Below, one piece after another: positions 19,000 to 27,688 of a DNA stretch of 64,000 nt (its first letter is position 1; every line of letters begins with the position of its first letter). A model generated the notes under the pieces. The model was not told the DNA's origin, searched no databases, and saw nothing but the letters and a program-made list of their open reading frames with translations. The translations under genes were made by a program, and so were the position numbers. This stretch comes from Deltaproteobacteria bacterium (lineage in GTDB: Bacteria > Desulfobacterota > Anaeroferrophillalia > Anaeroferrophillales > Tharpellaceae). The DNA lies in contig JAFGVI010000026.1 in NCBI GenBank assembly GCA_016938065.1, forward strand, positions 13,904-77,903, given 5' to 3'.

Positions 19000-20238
19000 A
19001 TGACAGCTATGATAAGCGATACAGCAAAAGCGGTAAAAATCATCAACGGAGTCTGGTGGGTAGGCGTCAACGATCACCTTAATCCTCTTTTTGAAGGCAT
19101 GTGGGCACTTCCGGACGGTATGAGATATAACGCCTACCTAGTTCAGGGCAAAAACAAAACGGCTCTGATTGAACTTTCCCGTGACGGTTTTGCTGAGCCT
19201 TTCATCAGAAAAATTGATGAGATTATTCCTTTGTCCGAAATTGACTACATAATTCATAATCATCTGGAACCGGATCACTCCGGTATTATTCCGATCATCT
19301 ACAAACGCTGTCCGCAGGCCAAAGTGCTGGCCACAGCCAAAGGTAAGAGCTTTCTTAAACAGTTTTACGGGGAAGGGGAGCGGGTTGACGCGGTTAATGA
19401 TGGCGACAGCATTGATCTCGGCGGTCGGACCTTACGTTTTCTCAGTTATCCCTGGCTCCATTGGCCGGATACCATGTTTACCTACCTGGAAGAGGACAAA
19501 GTCCTTTTCCCCTGTGATGCCTTCGGTGGTTACGGGGCCCCGGAAAAAGGCCTCTTTGATGATGAGATAGATCTGCAAACCTACTGGCCCGAGGCAAAAC
19601 GTTATTTAGGAACAATCGTCGCCTCCTATCTGGGCCATGTCGTCAAAGCAATCGACAAATGGCTTAAGGGAGGTATGGGCATCAACATCCTCTGCCCCTC
19701 TCATGGGCCGGTCTATCGCGGTAACCCGATGTCAATTATCAGCCGCTATCAGGAGTGGGCCAAAAATGACAAAAGTGACAAAGTCGTCATGATTGTCGGC
19801 TCAATGTGGGGCAACACGCATGAAATGGGAGCCATCGTCAAGCATCGCCTTGAGAAAAACGGGCTCGAAGTAAAATATTTTGATGCCGCCCTAGCGGAAC
19901 CGGGACAGGTTTTAGGGGAGATGCTCAATGCCGGCGGCATTGTTTTCGGGGCCCCGACCTATGATGCCAATATCTATCCGCGGCTTGAATATTTTCTGAT
20001 GCTTTTCAAAGGCAAGAAAAAGAACGGTTATCCGGTTGCAACCTTTAACCAGAACAGCTGGAATGTCAATATAACACCAAAAATCAACAGCTACCTGGAA
20101 GATATGAAGTCCCAGATTATTCCACCCCAGGTCGTCGGTCACGGAGCCCCGGACGCCGAAATCAGAAAAGAACTGGAGTTGATGGCTGACAATCTGACTG
20201 CCAAAATAAGAGATGCCTGCTTTATTCCGCAAGCCTGA
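19000..20238 (+). CDS. fprA: Flavodiiron protein (FprA/ROO family; O2/NO reductase)
   Basis: NHLEPDHSG, HWPD, CDAFG and PSHG iron ligands; flavodoxin domain GSMWGNT, GAPT. Confidence 0.92.
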   Translation: MTAMISDTAKAVKIINGVWWVGVNDHLNPLFEGMWALPDGMRYNAYLVQGKNKTALIELSRDGFAEPFIRKIDEIIPLSEIDYIIHNHLEPDHSGIIPIIYKRCPQAKVLATAKGKSFLKQFYGEGERVDAVNDGDSIDLGGRTLRFLSYPWLHWPDTMFTYLEEDKVLFPCDAFGGYGAPEKGLFDDEIDLQTYWPEAKRYLGTIVASYLGHVVKAIDKWLKGGMGINILCPSHGPVYRGNPMSIISRYQEWAKNDKSDKVVMIVGSMWGNTHEMGAIVKHRLEKNGLEVKYFDAALAEPGQVLGEMLNAGGIVFGAPTYDANIYPRLEYFLMLFKGKKKNGYPVATFNQNSWNVNITPKINSYLEDMKSQIIPPQVVGHGAPDAEIRKELELMADNLTAKIRDACFIPQA

Positions 20239-20363
20239 TTACCCCATGAAAGATTTCTCAACCTGGACCCTTAATACTGGCGGGGCCTTTTTTGAGTAAA
20301 ATTTCAGGCGAAAGTGCACCAAGATTGACGGAAGAAATCTTTGTTGTTATAAAGGCCGTGAAT

Positions 20364-20999
20364 ATGGAGATAATTGTCCAAAAAATTGTAATTTACGCGG
20401 CGCCGATTCTCTTCGGCTTGACGTTTCACGAGTACGCTCACGGATTGATGGCTGATCGTCTGGGAGATCCTACACCGCGGAACATGGGTCGACTGACATT
20501 AAACCCCGTCGTACATCTTGATCCGATTGGAACCATGGTTTTCTTTGTCACGCAAGCTTTTGGCTGGGCCCGGCCGATTTCGATCAATCCCGGCAACCTC
20601 AACTCTCCCCGTCGTGATCTGATGTGGATTGCGCTGGCCGGACCCCTGGCTAATTTTCTTCTGGCTCTGTTTTGCGCTTTACTGTATCATCTTTTCAGAG
20701 CGGGTTCGGCCGTGATGGGAGAATGGCTCCTGCTGCCTTGCCAGAAAATGGCTGTAGCTGGCGTGGTGGTCAACCTCTCTCTCGGTCTTATAAATCTGAT
20801 ACCGATTCCTCCCCTGGATGGCGGCCGCATTCTGGCCGGTATTCTGCCCGAGCGACCCGCTGGCTATCTCGCTAAAATTGATTCTTACGGCACAATTCTT
20901 CTCCTTATTCTGGTTTTAAGCGACAGCTTGAGTCTTTTTCTCTGGCCCCTGCTTTCGGGCTTGACCAGCTTCCTGCTTTACGGAGTAATATCTTTTTAA
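20364..20999 (+). CDS. Site-2 protease (M50) family membrane protein
   Basis: FHEYAHG, GRLTLNP, AGPLAN and NLIPIPPLDGGRI motifs. Confidence 0.93.
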   Translation: MEIIVQKIVIYAAPILFGLTFHEYAHGLMADRLGDPTPRNMGRLTLNPVVHLDPIGTMVFFVTQAFGWARPISINPGNLNSPRRDLMWIALAGPLANFLLALFCALLYHLFRAGSAVMGEWLLLPCQKMAVAGVVVNLSLGLINLIPIPPLDGGRILAGILPERPAGYLAKIDSYGTILLLILVLSDSLSLFLWPLLSGLTSFLLYGVISF

Positions 21000-21045
21000 T
21001 CACAACTTTCAACGGACAACAGTTGAAGCTATACATGAGGTATTT

Positions 21046-22038
21046 ATGGCAGCAAAAAAGAAGAGGGTTGTTTCGGGCATGCGAACAACGGGTAAACTTC
21101 ATCTCGGACACTACCACGGTGTGCTCACCAACTGGCTCAAACTCCAGGATGATTATGATTGTTACTTTTTTGCCGCTGACTGGCATGCCCTGACCAGTGA
21201 GTACCAGAATCCGGCTATAGTGAAAGAGAGTACCAGAGACATTTTTATTGATTGGTTGAGTGTCGGCATCGACCCGGAGAAGGCGACCCTTTTTATACAG
21301 TCGCAGATCAAAGAACACGCCGAACTCCATCTTCTCCTTTCGATGATTACCCCTCTGCCCTGGCTTTTGCGCAACCCCACCTACAAAGACTCGCAGGTCG
21401 TAGGGCAGGGGGAGGAACAGGCAACGTACGGCTTTCTCGGCTATCCGGTTCTCCAGGCAGCCGATATTATCATCTATATGGCAAACCTGGTGCCCATCGG
21501 TGTAGATCAACTGCCCCATGTCGAATTGACCCGGGAAATTACACGCCGTTTCAACTATCTTTATGGCGATACCTTTCCGATACCGGAACCGATTCTGACC
21601 GAGCTCTCCAAAGTAACCGGTCTCGATGGCCGCAAGATGAGCAAAAGCTACAATAATGCCATTCACCTTTCTGACGACGAAGAAACGCTGAAAAATAAAG
21701 TCGCTTCGATGGTGACTGATGTGCAGAGGGCCCGGCGTAAAGATCCGGGAGATCCAGAAAAGTGTAATCTCTTCCCTCTGCATCCGCTCTATTCGCAGCC
21801 GGAAGAGATTGCTGAAATCTGTTCCGCCTGTCCCAGGGCTGAAATCGGCTGCGTTGACTGTAAAAAGATTCTCTTGCGCAACCTGATAAGGGGTCTGGCC
21901 CCGGTTCACGAGAGACAGAGCTACTATCAGAATCATCCCCAATTGCTCGACGACATCATTGCCGATGGCACGGAAAAAGCCCTGGCCATAACCCGGGAGA
22001 CGATGCTTAAAGTACGGGCGGCAGTCAAATTAAGCTGA
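21046..22038 (+). CDS. trpS: Tryptophan--tRNA ligase
   Basis: SGMRTTGKLHLGH, YPVLQAADI, PIGVDQ and KMSKS motifs. Confidence 0.97.
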   Translation: MAAKKKRVVSGMRTTGKLHLGHYHGVLTNWLKLQDDYDCYFFAADWHALTSEYQNPAIVKESTRDIFIDWLSVGIDPEKATLFIQSQIKEHAELHLLLSMITPLPWLLRNPTYKDSQVVGQGEEQATYGFLGYPVLQAADIIIYMANLVPIGVDQLPHVELTREITRRFNYLYGDTFPIPEPILTELSKVTGLDGRKMSKSYNNAIHLSDDEETLKNKVASMVTDVQRARRKDPGDPEKCNLFPLHPLYSQPEEIAEICSACPRAEIGCVDCKKILLRNLIRGLAPVHERQSYYQNHPQLLDDIIADGTEKALAITRETMLKVRAAVKLS

Positions 22039-22059
22039 TCTTGAGCAAAGCAGGAAAAC

Positions 22060-22827
22060 GTGGAACCTGATACAGATTTAATCCGCTTGCAGAAATATAT
22101 CGCCGACTGCGGCGTAACCTCAAGACGGCGGGCAGAAATTATGATTTCCGAAGGACGGGTCAGCGTTAACGGAAATATCATTAATGAGCAAGGGGTTAAA
22201 ATAAATCCGCAAGCCGATCAGGTTAAGGTTGATGGAAAGATTGTCTCCCTGAAGGCGGAATCGTCCAGAAAAACCCTGCTGCTGCATAAACCGGTCGGTT
22301 ATGTAAGCACGATGGAAGATCCTCAGAACCGTCCTCTGGTGAAAGATCTGTACGCCGACCTCAAGGAACGCTTTTATCCGGTTGGCCGGCTGGACATTAA
22401 CACTTCAGGATTACTGCTCTGCACCAACGATGGAGAACTGGCTTATCAGTTAATGCATCCCCGCTTTAAATTTGAAAAAGAGTATCTGATAACCGTAGCT
22501 GGTTATTTTGGCATCAATGATCTGACTGCCTTAAAGAGGGGAGTTGAACTTGAAGATGGACCGGCTCAACCTTTACGGGCATGGATTAAACAGAGCCACA
22601 GTCGACAAAGTGAGCTCTCCATGGTGATCGGCGAGGGACGTAACCGACAGGTGCGACGGATGATGGCGGCTCTGGGTTTTTCAGTAATATCTCTGCAACG
22701 AACCAGACTGGCGTTTCTCACCCTTGCGGGCGTTAAAAAAGGTTCATGGCGCTGGCTGCAGAAGCCTGAGCTCGATAATCTCCGCCGGCTGGCGGAAAAG
22801 GGGCAGGACGATAAAGATGGGATCTGA
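22060..22827 (+). CDS. rluB: RsuA/RluB family pseudouridine synthase with S4 domain
   Basis: RLQKYIA..G..SRR, PVGRLD.NTSGL and EGRNRQVRRM motifs. Confidence 0.85.
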   Translation: MEPDTDLIRLQKYIADCGVTSRRRAEIMISEGRVSVNGNIINEQGVKINPQADQVKVDGKIVSLKAESSRKTLLLHKPVGYVSTMEDPQNRPLVKDLYADLKERFYPVGRLDINTSGLLLCTNDGELAYQLMHPRFKFEKEYLITVAGYFGINDLTALKRGVELEDGPAQPLRAWIKQSHSRQSELSMVIGEGRNRQVRRMMAALGFSVISLQRTRLAFLTLAGVKKGSWRWLQKPELDNLRRLAEKGQDDKDGI

Positions 22828-25069
22828 ACCTCTGCAAGTAATTTTTCTCTGGCATATGCATCAGCCGGATTATCGGGATGCCAAAGCCCAGCATGCAATG
22901 ATGCCCTGGGTACGCCTGCACGGCATTAAAGATTATCTGGACATGGTAACCATTCTGGACGATTTTCCCAAGGTTCGACAAAATTTTAATCTTGTCCCTT
23001 CGCTTCTGGATCAGCTGCAGGGTTATGTTGACGGCAGCTTAAGCGATCAGGCCTTGGAGCTTACCTTGAAAAAAGCCGACCTGCTGACTGTCGAAGATCG
23101 GGTCAGTCTGCTCGGTTCATTTTTTCACGCCCATTGGGATAACATGGTAAAACCCTATCCACGTTACTGGGAGCTCCTCAAAATGCGCGGGTTTCATCCA
23201 TCAGCCCAGGCTATGCTTGAAGTGCAGCGTTATTTTTCACAACAAGACTTTCTCGATCTTCAGGTCTGGTACAATCTGGTCTGGTTCGACCCGGTTTTCC
23301 GAACGCAATATCCGTTTCTGCTCGGACTGATCCGGCGAGGGCGCAATTTTACGGAAGATGACAAGCAGGCGCTCATCCTGCTGCAGCAGCAGATTCTCAG
23401 CAAGATCATTCCCGCCTATAGAAGTCGGCATGAAGCCGGCAGAATAGAACTTTCAACAACTCCCTATTATCATCCGATTCTGCCGTTGCTTTACGACAGC
23501 AATCTTGCGTCAATCTCCCAGCCGCACGACCCCTTACCAAGCCTGCGCTTCTCCCACCCCGAAGATGTCGCAACCCAGATCAACAGAGCCATGGAACGTC
23601 ATGAACAATATTTTGGTCATCGGCCGGTCGGAATGTGGCCATCGGAAGGGTCAGTCTGCCAGGAAATCATTCCTTACTTTTATCATGCAGGTATTCAATG
23701 GATTGCTACCGATGAAGGGATTCTGGCTAATTCAATCGGCCGCGAACCCCAGCGCAACCAGTTTGATGTAGTAAACGATCCAGCCTCGTGGTATCGCTCC
23801 CACCGGATTGAAGAAGGAAATGGGGGAGTCGATGTAATTTTTCGCGACCACCTGCTCTCTGATCTTATCGGTTTTGTCTACTCGCGTTGGAATGAAAATC
23901 AGGCGGCCGACGACTTTATCCAGCGCCTGCTGGAGATCAAAAAAGCTATGGGCAACCAAGTAGGTGAGAGAGCCGTAGCCATAATTCTGGATGGAGAGAA
24001 TGCCTGGGAACATTATCCCGGAGATGGCGCTCCATTTCTGCGGGAACTTTATGGTCGCCTGAATGACAGCTCCGAACTGGAAGCTGTGACCATCGCTGAT
24101 TATCTTTCCCGACGCCGGGAACCAGCCCCTCAGATCAAGCGGATTTATCCCGGTTCGTGGATTAATCGCAACTTCAGGATCTGGATCGGCCACCAGGAAG
24201 ACAATCTGGCGTGGGATTATCTGGGACAAGCGCGACGAACCCTGGTTCTTTTTGAGCAGCAGCACAAAGAAAAGATAAAAGCAGATACCAGTTTAAAGGA
24301 AAAAATCAATAACGCCTGGGAACATATCTATATCGCAGAAGGAAGTGACTGGTGCTGGTGGTACGGAGACGATCACAGTTCAGAAAATGATGCCGACTTT
24401 GATGAACTGTTCCGACAGCATCTGATAAGTGTTTACCTTTTCCTGGATGAAGCAGTGCCGGAAAATCTCAGTCGACCAATCATCCAGATTGACAAAAAAC
24501 TGCATCCCAAGACAGAGATCATCTCCTTTATCAATCCTAAAATAGATGGTGACATCAGCAGTTATTACGAATGGAGAGCAGCAGCTCTTTATGACGTAGC
24601 CCAGCTGGGTGGAGCCATGCACCGATCTGAATATCTGGTCAAAGAAATTTTTTACGGATTCAGTCTGGAAAAGTTTTTTCTGCGAATCGACATTGAGCGA
24701 AAATTCTTAATCGACAATGACTATCTTATCGATATCAGCATTGTTAAAGGGCCGCAGAAGAAGGTTGTCTGTCAAATCTGTTATATGCCTGAAACCCAAC
24801 GTTTAACCATTACTTACAACCGGTTTGCCGATACAGAGCGCCTACGGCTGGATGAAAGCTGTCTGGATGGTGAAATCTGTTTCGCCGTCGATACAATACT
24901 TGAACTCGGTATCAGCTTTGCCTTCCTTGAACTTGTAGCGGGTAATGATCTTAACTTTGCCGTAACCATAAAACAGCATGGGGAGGAGGTGCAAACCATA
25001 CCTTCCGGCGGATATCTGCATCTTACCGTTCCAGGACCAGACTTTGAGGAACATATGTGGTATGTATGA
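22817..25069 (+). CDS. Glycoside hydrolase family 57 (amylopullulanase-like)
   Basis: WHMHQP, PYYHPILPLL, GMWPSEG (nucleophile), LDGENAWE (acid/base) and AEGSDWCWW. Confidence 0.93.
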   Translation: MGSEPLQVIFLWHMHQPDYRDAKAQHAMMPWVRLHGIKDYLDMVTILDDFPKVRQNFNLVPSLLDQLQGYVDGSLSDQALELTLKKADLLTVEDRVSLLGSFFHAHWDNMVKPYPRYWELLKMRGFHPSAQAMLEVQRYFSQQDFLDLQVWYNLVWFDPVFRTQYPFLLGLIRRGRNFTEDDKQALILLQQQILSKIIPAYRSRHEAGRIELSTTPYYHPILPLLYDSNLASISQPHDPLPSLRFSHPEDVATQINRAMERHEQYFGHRPVGMWPSEGSVCQEIIPYFYHAGIQWIATDEGILANSIGREPQRNQFDVVNDPASWYRSHRIEEGNGGVDVIFRDHLLSDLIGFVYSRWNENQAADDFIQRLLEIKKAMGNQVGERAVAIILDGENAWEHYPGDGAPFLRELYGRLNDSSELEAVTIADYLSRRREPAPQIKRIYPGSWINRNFRIWIGHQEDNLAWDYLGQARRTLVLFEQQHKEKIKADTSLKEKINNAWEHIYIAEGSDWCWWYGDDHSSENDADFDELFRQHLISVYLFLDEAVPENLSRPIIQIDKKLHPKTEIISFINPKIDGDISSYYEWRAAALYDVAQLGGAMHRSEYLVKEIFYGFSLEKFFLRIDIERKFLIDNDYLIDISIVKGPQKKVVCQICYMPETQRLTITYNRFADTERLRLDESCLDGEICFAVDTILELGISFAFLELVAGNDLNFAVTIKQHGEEVQTIPSGGYLHLTVPGPDFEEHMWYV

Positions 25070-25177
25070 AAGAACTTCAGCTGTACCTTAATAAATCAAC
25101 GATAAAAATTTTTAAAGACTTTTTTAAATACTTTTCGAGATTTTTATTCGTGCCCCACTTTCTACCTTCATAACTTC

Positions 25178-25186
25178 TGATAAGAT
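25178..25186 (+). promoter_or_regulatory. Candidate extended -10 promoter (TGnTAAGAT)
   Basis: TG-A-TAAGAT; predicted start ~25192-25194 coincides with the 5' arm of the structured element. Confidence 0.45.
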
Positions 25187-25187
25187 G

Positions 25188-25430
25188 TATTATGTTAACT
25201 TTAATCGGTGGACGAAAAGACCTGGTTCGCCCTTGCACACCTCCATACATACCGAACGCCTTGCACAGGTTACTTTTGCTCACAGGCTCAATTCGCAAGC
25301 TACCTTCATTCATACAGCTATCAATGAAATTATTTCTGGACATCTTTACCGTAAAGCTGTTACGCTTTGTTCGATCTTGCGGGCTCGTTCGCATCAGTTA
25401 AGTTAATAATATTCAGCAGGTCTTTTTTTT
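25188..25430 (+). ncRNA. Candidate structured RNA (leader or sRNA), three-way junction; family not recognised
   Basis: Hand fold: P1 25188-25215/25385-25411, P2 25216-25229/25253-25276, P3 25278-25286/25376-25384, inner ACAGCU/AGCUGU; G-U bias favours + strand; T8 tract at 25423-25430. Confidence 0.5.
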
Positions 25431-25434
25431 GCGC

Positions 25435-26040
25435 ATGAAGAAAAACATTGCAGTAGCCGGCAATATAGGATCTGGCAAATCCCGTCTTATCGACTTCCTT
25501 TGCGCCACTTATCCTCTGGTGCCGTTCAAGGCCTCCTGCGACAATCCATATCTCAATAATTTCTACAGCGATATGCCGCGCTGGTCTTTTCATTCACAAA
25601 TCTTTATCTTAACCGAAAAATTTAAAAACTTTGAAAAGCACTCATCTACCTTCCATTCAGTTATCCAGAATCGAACAATTTATGAGGATGCTGAAATTTT
25701 CGCTCGCAACCTTTATCAGTCCGGTGAGATGAGCGAAACCGACTTCAAAGTCTACTATGATTTTTTCCTTACTCTGACCAGAACCCTGCCGCCCCCTGAT
25801 CTGCTTATCTATCTTCACTCCTCTGTCGGAGCGTCCAGAAAACGCCTACAGGAACGTTCTTCCCCTTTAAATCGACAGATTACCAATTCGTATTTAAAAC
25901 GCCTCAATCGCCTGTATGTTAACTGGATTGCCGACTACAATCTTTCGGAAGTTATTATTATCGACACGGAGCACCTCGATTTTGCCACCAACCTTGTCGA
26001 CCGTGTTGATATACTTGCAGCAATTGAGAGATTTATCTGA
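25435..26040 (+). CDS. Deoxynucleoside kinase family protein (catalytic residues look degenerate)
   Basis: AGNIGSGKS P-loop, NPYL..FY, WSFHSQIF, IYEDAEIFA and PDLLIYL; alternative TTG start at 25429. Confidence 0.85.
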   Translation: MKKNIAVAGNIGSGKSRLIDFLCATYPLVPFKASCDNPYLNNFYSDMPRWSFHSQIFILTEKFKNFEKHSSTFHSVIQNRTIYEDAEIFARNLYQSGEMSETDFKVYYDFFLTLTRTLPPPDLLIYLHSSVGASRKRLQERSSPLNRQITNSYLKRLNRLYVNWIADYNLSEVIIIDTEHLDFATNLVDRVDILAAIERFI

Positions 26041-26184
26041 TTTATCTTTTCACCTTTAATCTTTTACTTCAACCTTTGCCTCAGTCGCGACTTTGCGATT
26101 AAATCCCTTTTTAACTTGACAATTTTCGTTCCATCCAGTAATGAGTCGCGCAAATTTATAATACTCCATGGAGGATATTTACAC

Positions 26185-26466
26185 ATGATTTGCCAGACCA
26201 TAAGAAAAGGAAGTGAATGTTTTTTGATGAAGGCTAACGGCTGTTCTTTTGCTGATGGCAGCTGTAAACCGATAATCGACAAATGTGAAGGATGCGCCCG
26301 GGTAACCGTAGTAGATGAAAAAAGTTATTGTCTCTCCTACCCCGATCCGGCGAGCCGTTGGCTCAATGGAACCTGTACCATGGCGACACACATCAAACGT
26401 GACGTTGAACAGATCAAGAAGAAGATCAACCCGTTGAAAGCTTCGAAAAAAGGTATTCGCAGCTAG
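26185..26466 (+). CDS. PxxKW-family cysteine-rich small protein
   Basis: GGAGG RBS; C-rich pattern, YPDPASRW, C.MATH and KINPLKASK tail. Confidence 0.85.
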   Translation: MICQTIRKGSECFLMKANGCSFADGSCKPIIDKCEGCARVTVVDEKSYCLSYPDPASRWLNGTCTMATHIKRDVEQIKKKINPLKASKKGIRS

Positions 26467-26554
26467 GTCTTTATCTATTCTTATTTGGTTCAACCCTATA
26501 AGGCAGGAAGAGTATTACCATCTTCTTGCCTTATGAGTTTTATGACTTCGATCT

Positions 26555-27112
26555 ATGCGCATAACCGGCGGCACATTTAAGGGCAGGAAATTAAACACTG
26601 TCAGGAATAAGGCCGTTCGGCCTACCAAGGCGATGGTTCGTGAAGCTCTGTTTTCGATATTGGGACCGGGTTTTTGCCATAACAAAAGAATTCTCGACCT
26701 CTTTTCCGGCAGCGGCATTATGGCTCTGGAGTCATTAAGTCGCGGCGCACGACAGGTCATCTGTGTTGATTCGGATGTTGACAGCTGTTCTCTTATTAAA
26801 ACTAATTTCAGTTTGCTCGGGGCTGACAGTTCGGCTCAATTGCTGCACATGGGTGTTTCACAGGCATTATCATATCTCGCTTCTTCCGGGAAAATATTTG
26901 ATCTGATTTTTTTAGATCCGCCTTACACTGATCCCGAAATCGGGATAAAGACTATGGATGACGCTTTTACCGCGCGACTTTTTGCTCCCGACGCCACTGC
27001 CGTCCTTGAACACAGGGCGAAAATTGATCTGCCCCCGTCAAAAGGCATGACGATGTGGAAACAGAAAAAATATGGTCTGACTATGCTTACCTTTTTTAGA
27101 AAAGAGCTATGA
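26555..27112 (+). CDS. rsmD: 16S rRNA m2G966 methyltransferase
   Basis: MRITGG..KGRKL, RPT...VREALF, LDLFSGSG, LSRGA and DPPY; precedes coaD. Confidence 0.95.
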   Translation: MRITGGTFKGRKLNTVRNKAVRPTKAMVREALFSILGPGFCHNKRILDLFSGSGIMALESLSRGARQVICVDSDVDSCSLIKTNFSLLGADSSAQLLHMGVSQALSYLASSGKIFDLIFLDPPYTDPEIGIKTMDDAFTARLFAPDATAVLEHRAKIDLPPSKGMTMWKQKKYGLTMLTFFRKEL

Positions 27113-27174
27113 TTTTCATTTAACTTGTGTCTACGCCTGTTTATTTTTATTTAAGATCTACAACGGAGAGTCTT

Positions 27175-27687
27175 TTGACACTGTTTAAAAAAGAAATCTC
27201 GCATGAAAAGACGGTTGCCGTTTTTCCCGGTTCTTTCGACCCCGTTACGGTTGGTCATATTGATCTGATTGAAAGGAGTGCGGTTGTTTTTGATGAGGTT
27301 GTGGTTGCCGTTGCCTGTAACCAGGAAAAGACCCCGCTTTTTACAGTTGAAGAAAGAATCAAGATGATCGAGCAGGTTTTTTCTCATAATCTACAGGTCA
27401 AGGTTGAGACCTTCAGTGGGCTCCTGATCGACTATCTCATTAAAAGGGAAGCCCATGTCATTATTCGTGGCCTCAGGGCGGTTTCCGACTTTGAATATGA
27501 ATTTCAGATGGCTCTGATGAATCGTAAGCTGGCCCCCGGCATCGAAACTTTTTTCATGACTTCCAGTGCCCTCTATACCTATGTCAGTTCTAGAATTGTT
27601 AAAGAACTCGCCTCTTTAGGAGGAGACGTCTCAGATCTTGTTCATCCACTGGTTGAGAAAAAAATTAAAGCAAAATATAGCTCCTGA
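27175..27687 (+). CDS. coaD: Pantetheine-phosphate adenylyltransferase
   Basis: FPGSFDPVTVGH, RGLRAVSDFEYE and VSSRIVKE; likely TTG start after GGAG. Confidence 0.96.
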   Translation: MTLFKKEISHEKTVAVFPGSFDPVTVGHIDLIERSAVVFDEVVVAVACNQEKTPLFTVEERIKMIEQVFSHNLQVKVETFSGLLIDYLIKREAHVIIRGLRAVSDFEYEFQMALMNRKLAPGIETFFMTSSALYTYVSSRIVKELASLGGDVSDLVHPLVEKKIKAKYSS

Positions 27688-27688
27688 C

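Noticed and set aside
20905..21942. 345-aa minus-strand ORF
   Set aside because: Antisense shadow of trpS
25077..25406. Three short ORFs (105, 73 and 69 aa) in the GH57-dNK gap
   Set aside because: No clear RBS or motifs, and they overlap each other; RNA structure explains the region better, though a leader peptide is not excluded
27203..27215. Out-of-frame ATGAAAAG just before the coaD core, suggesting a frameshift
   Set aside because: An in-frame TTG with a GGAG RBS at 27175 gives an intact protein; a homopolymer error cannot be fully excluded without reads
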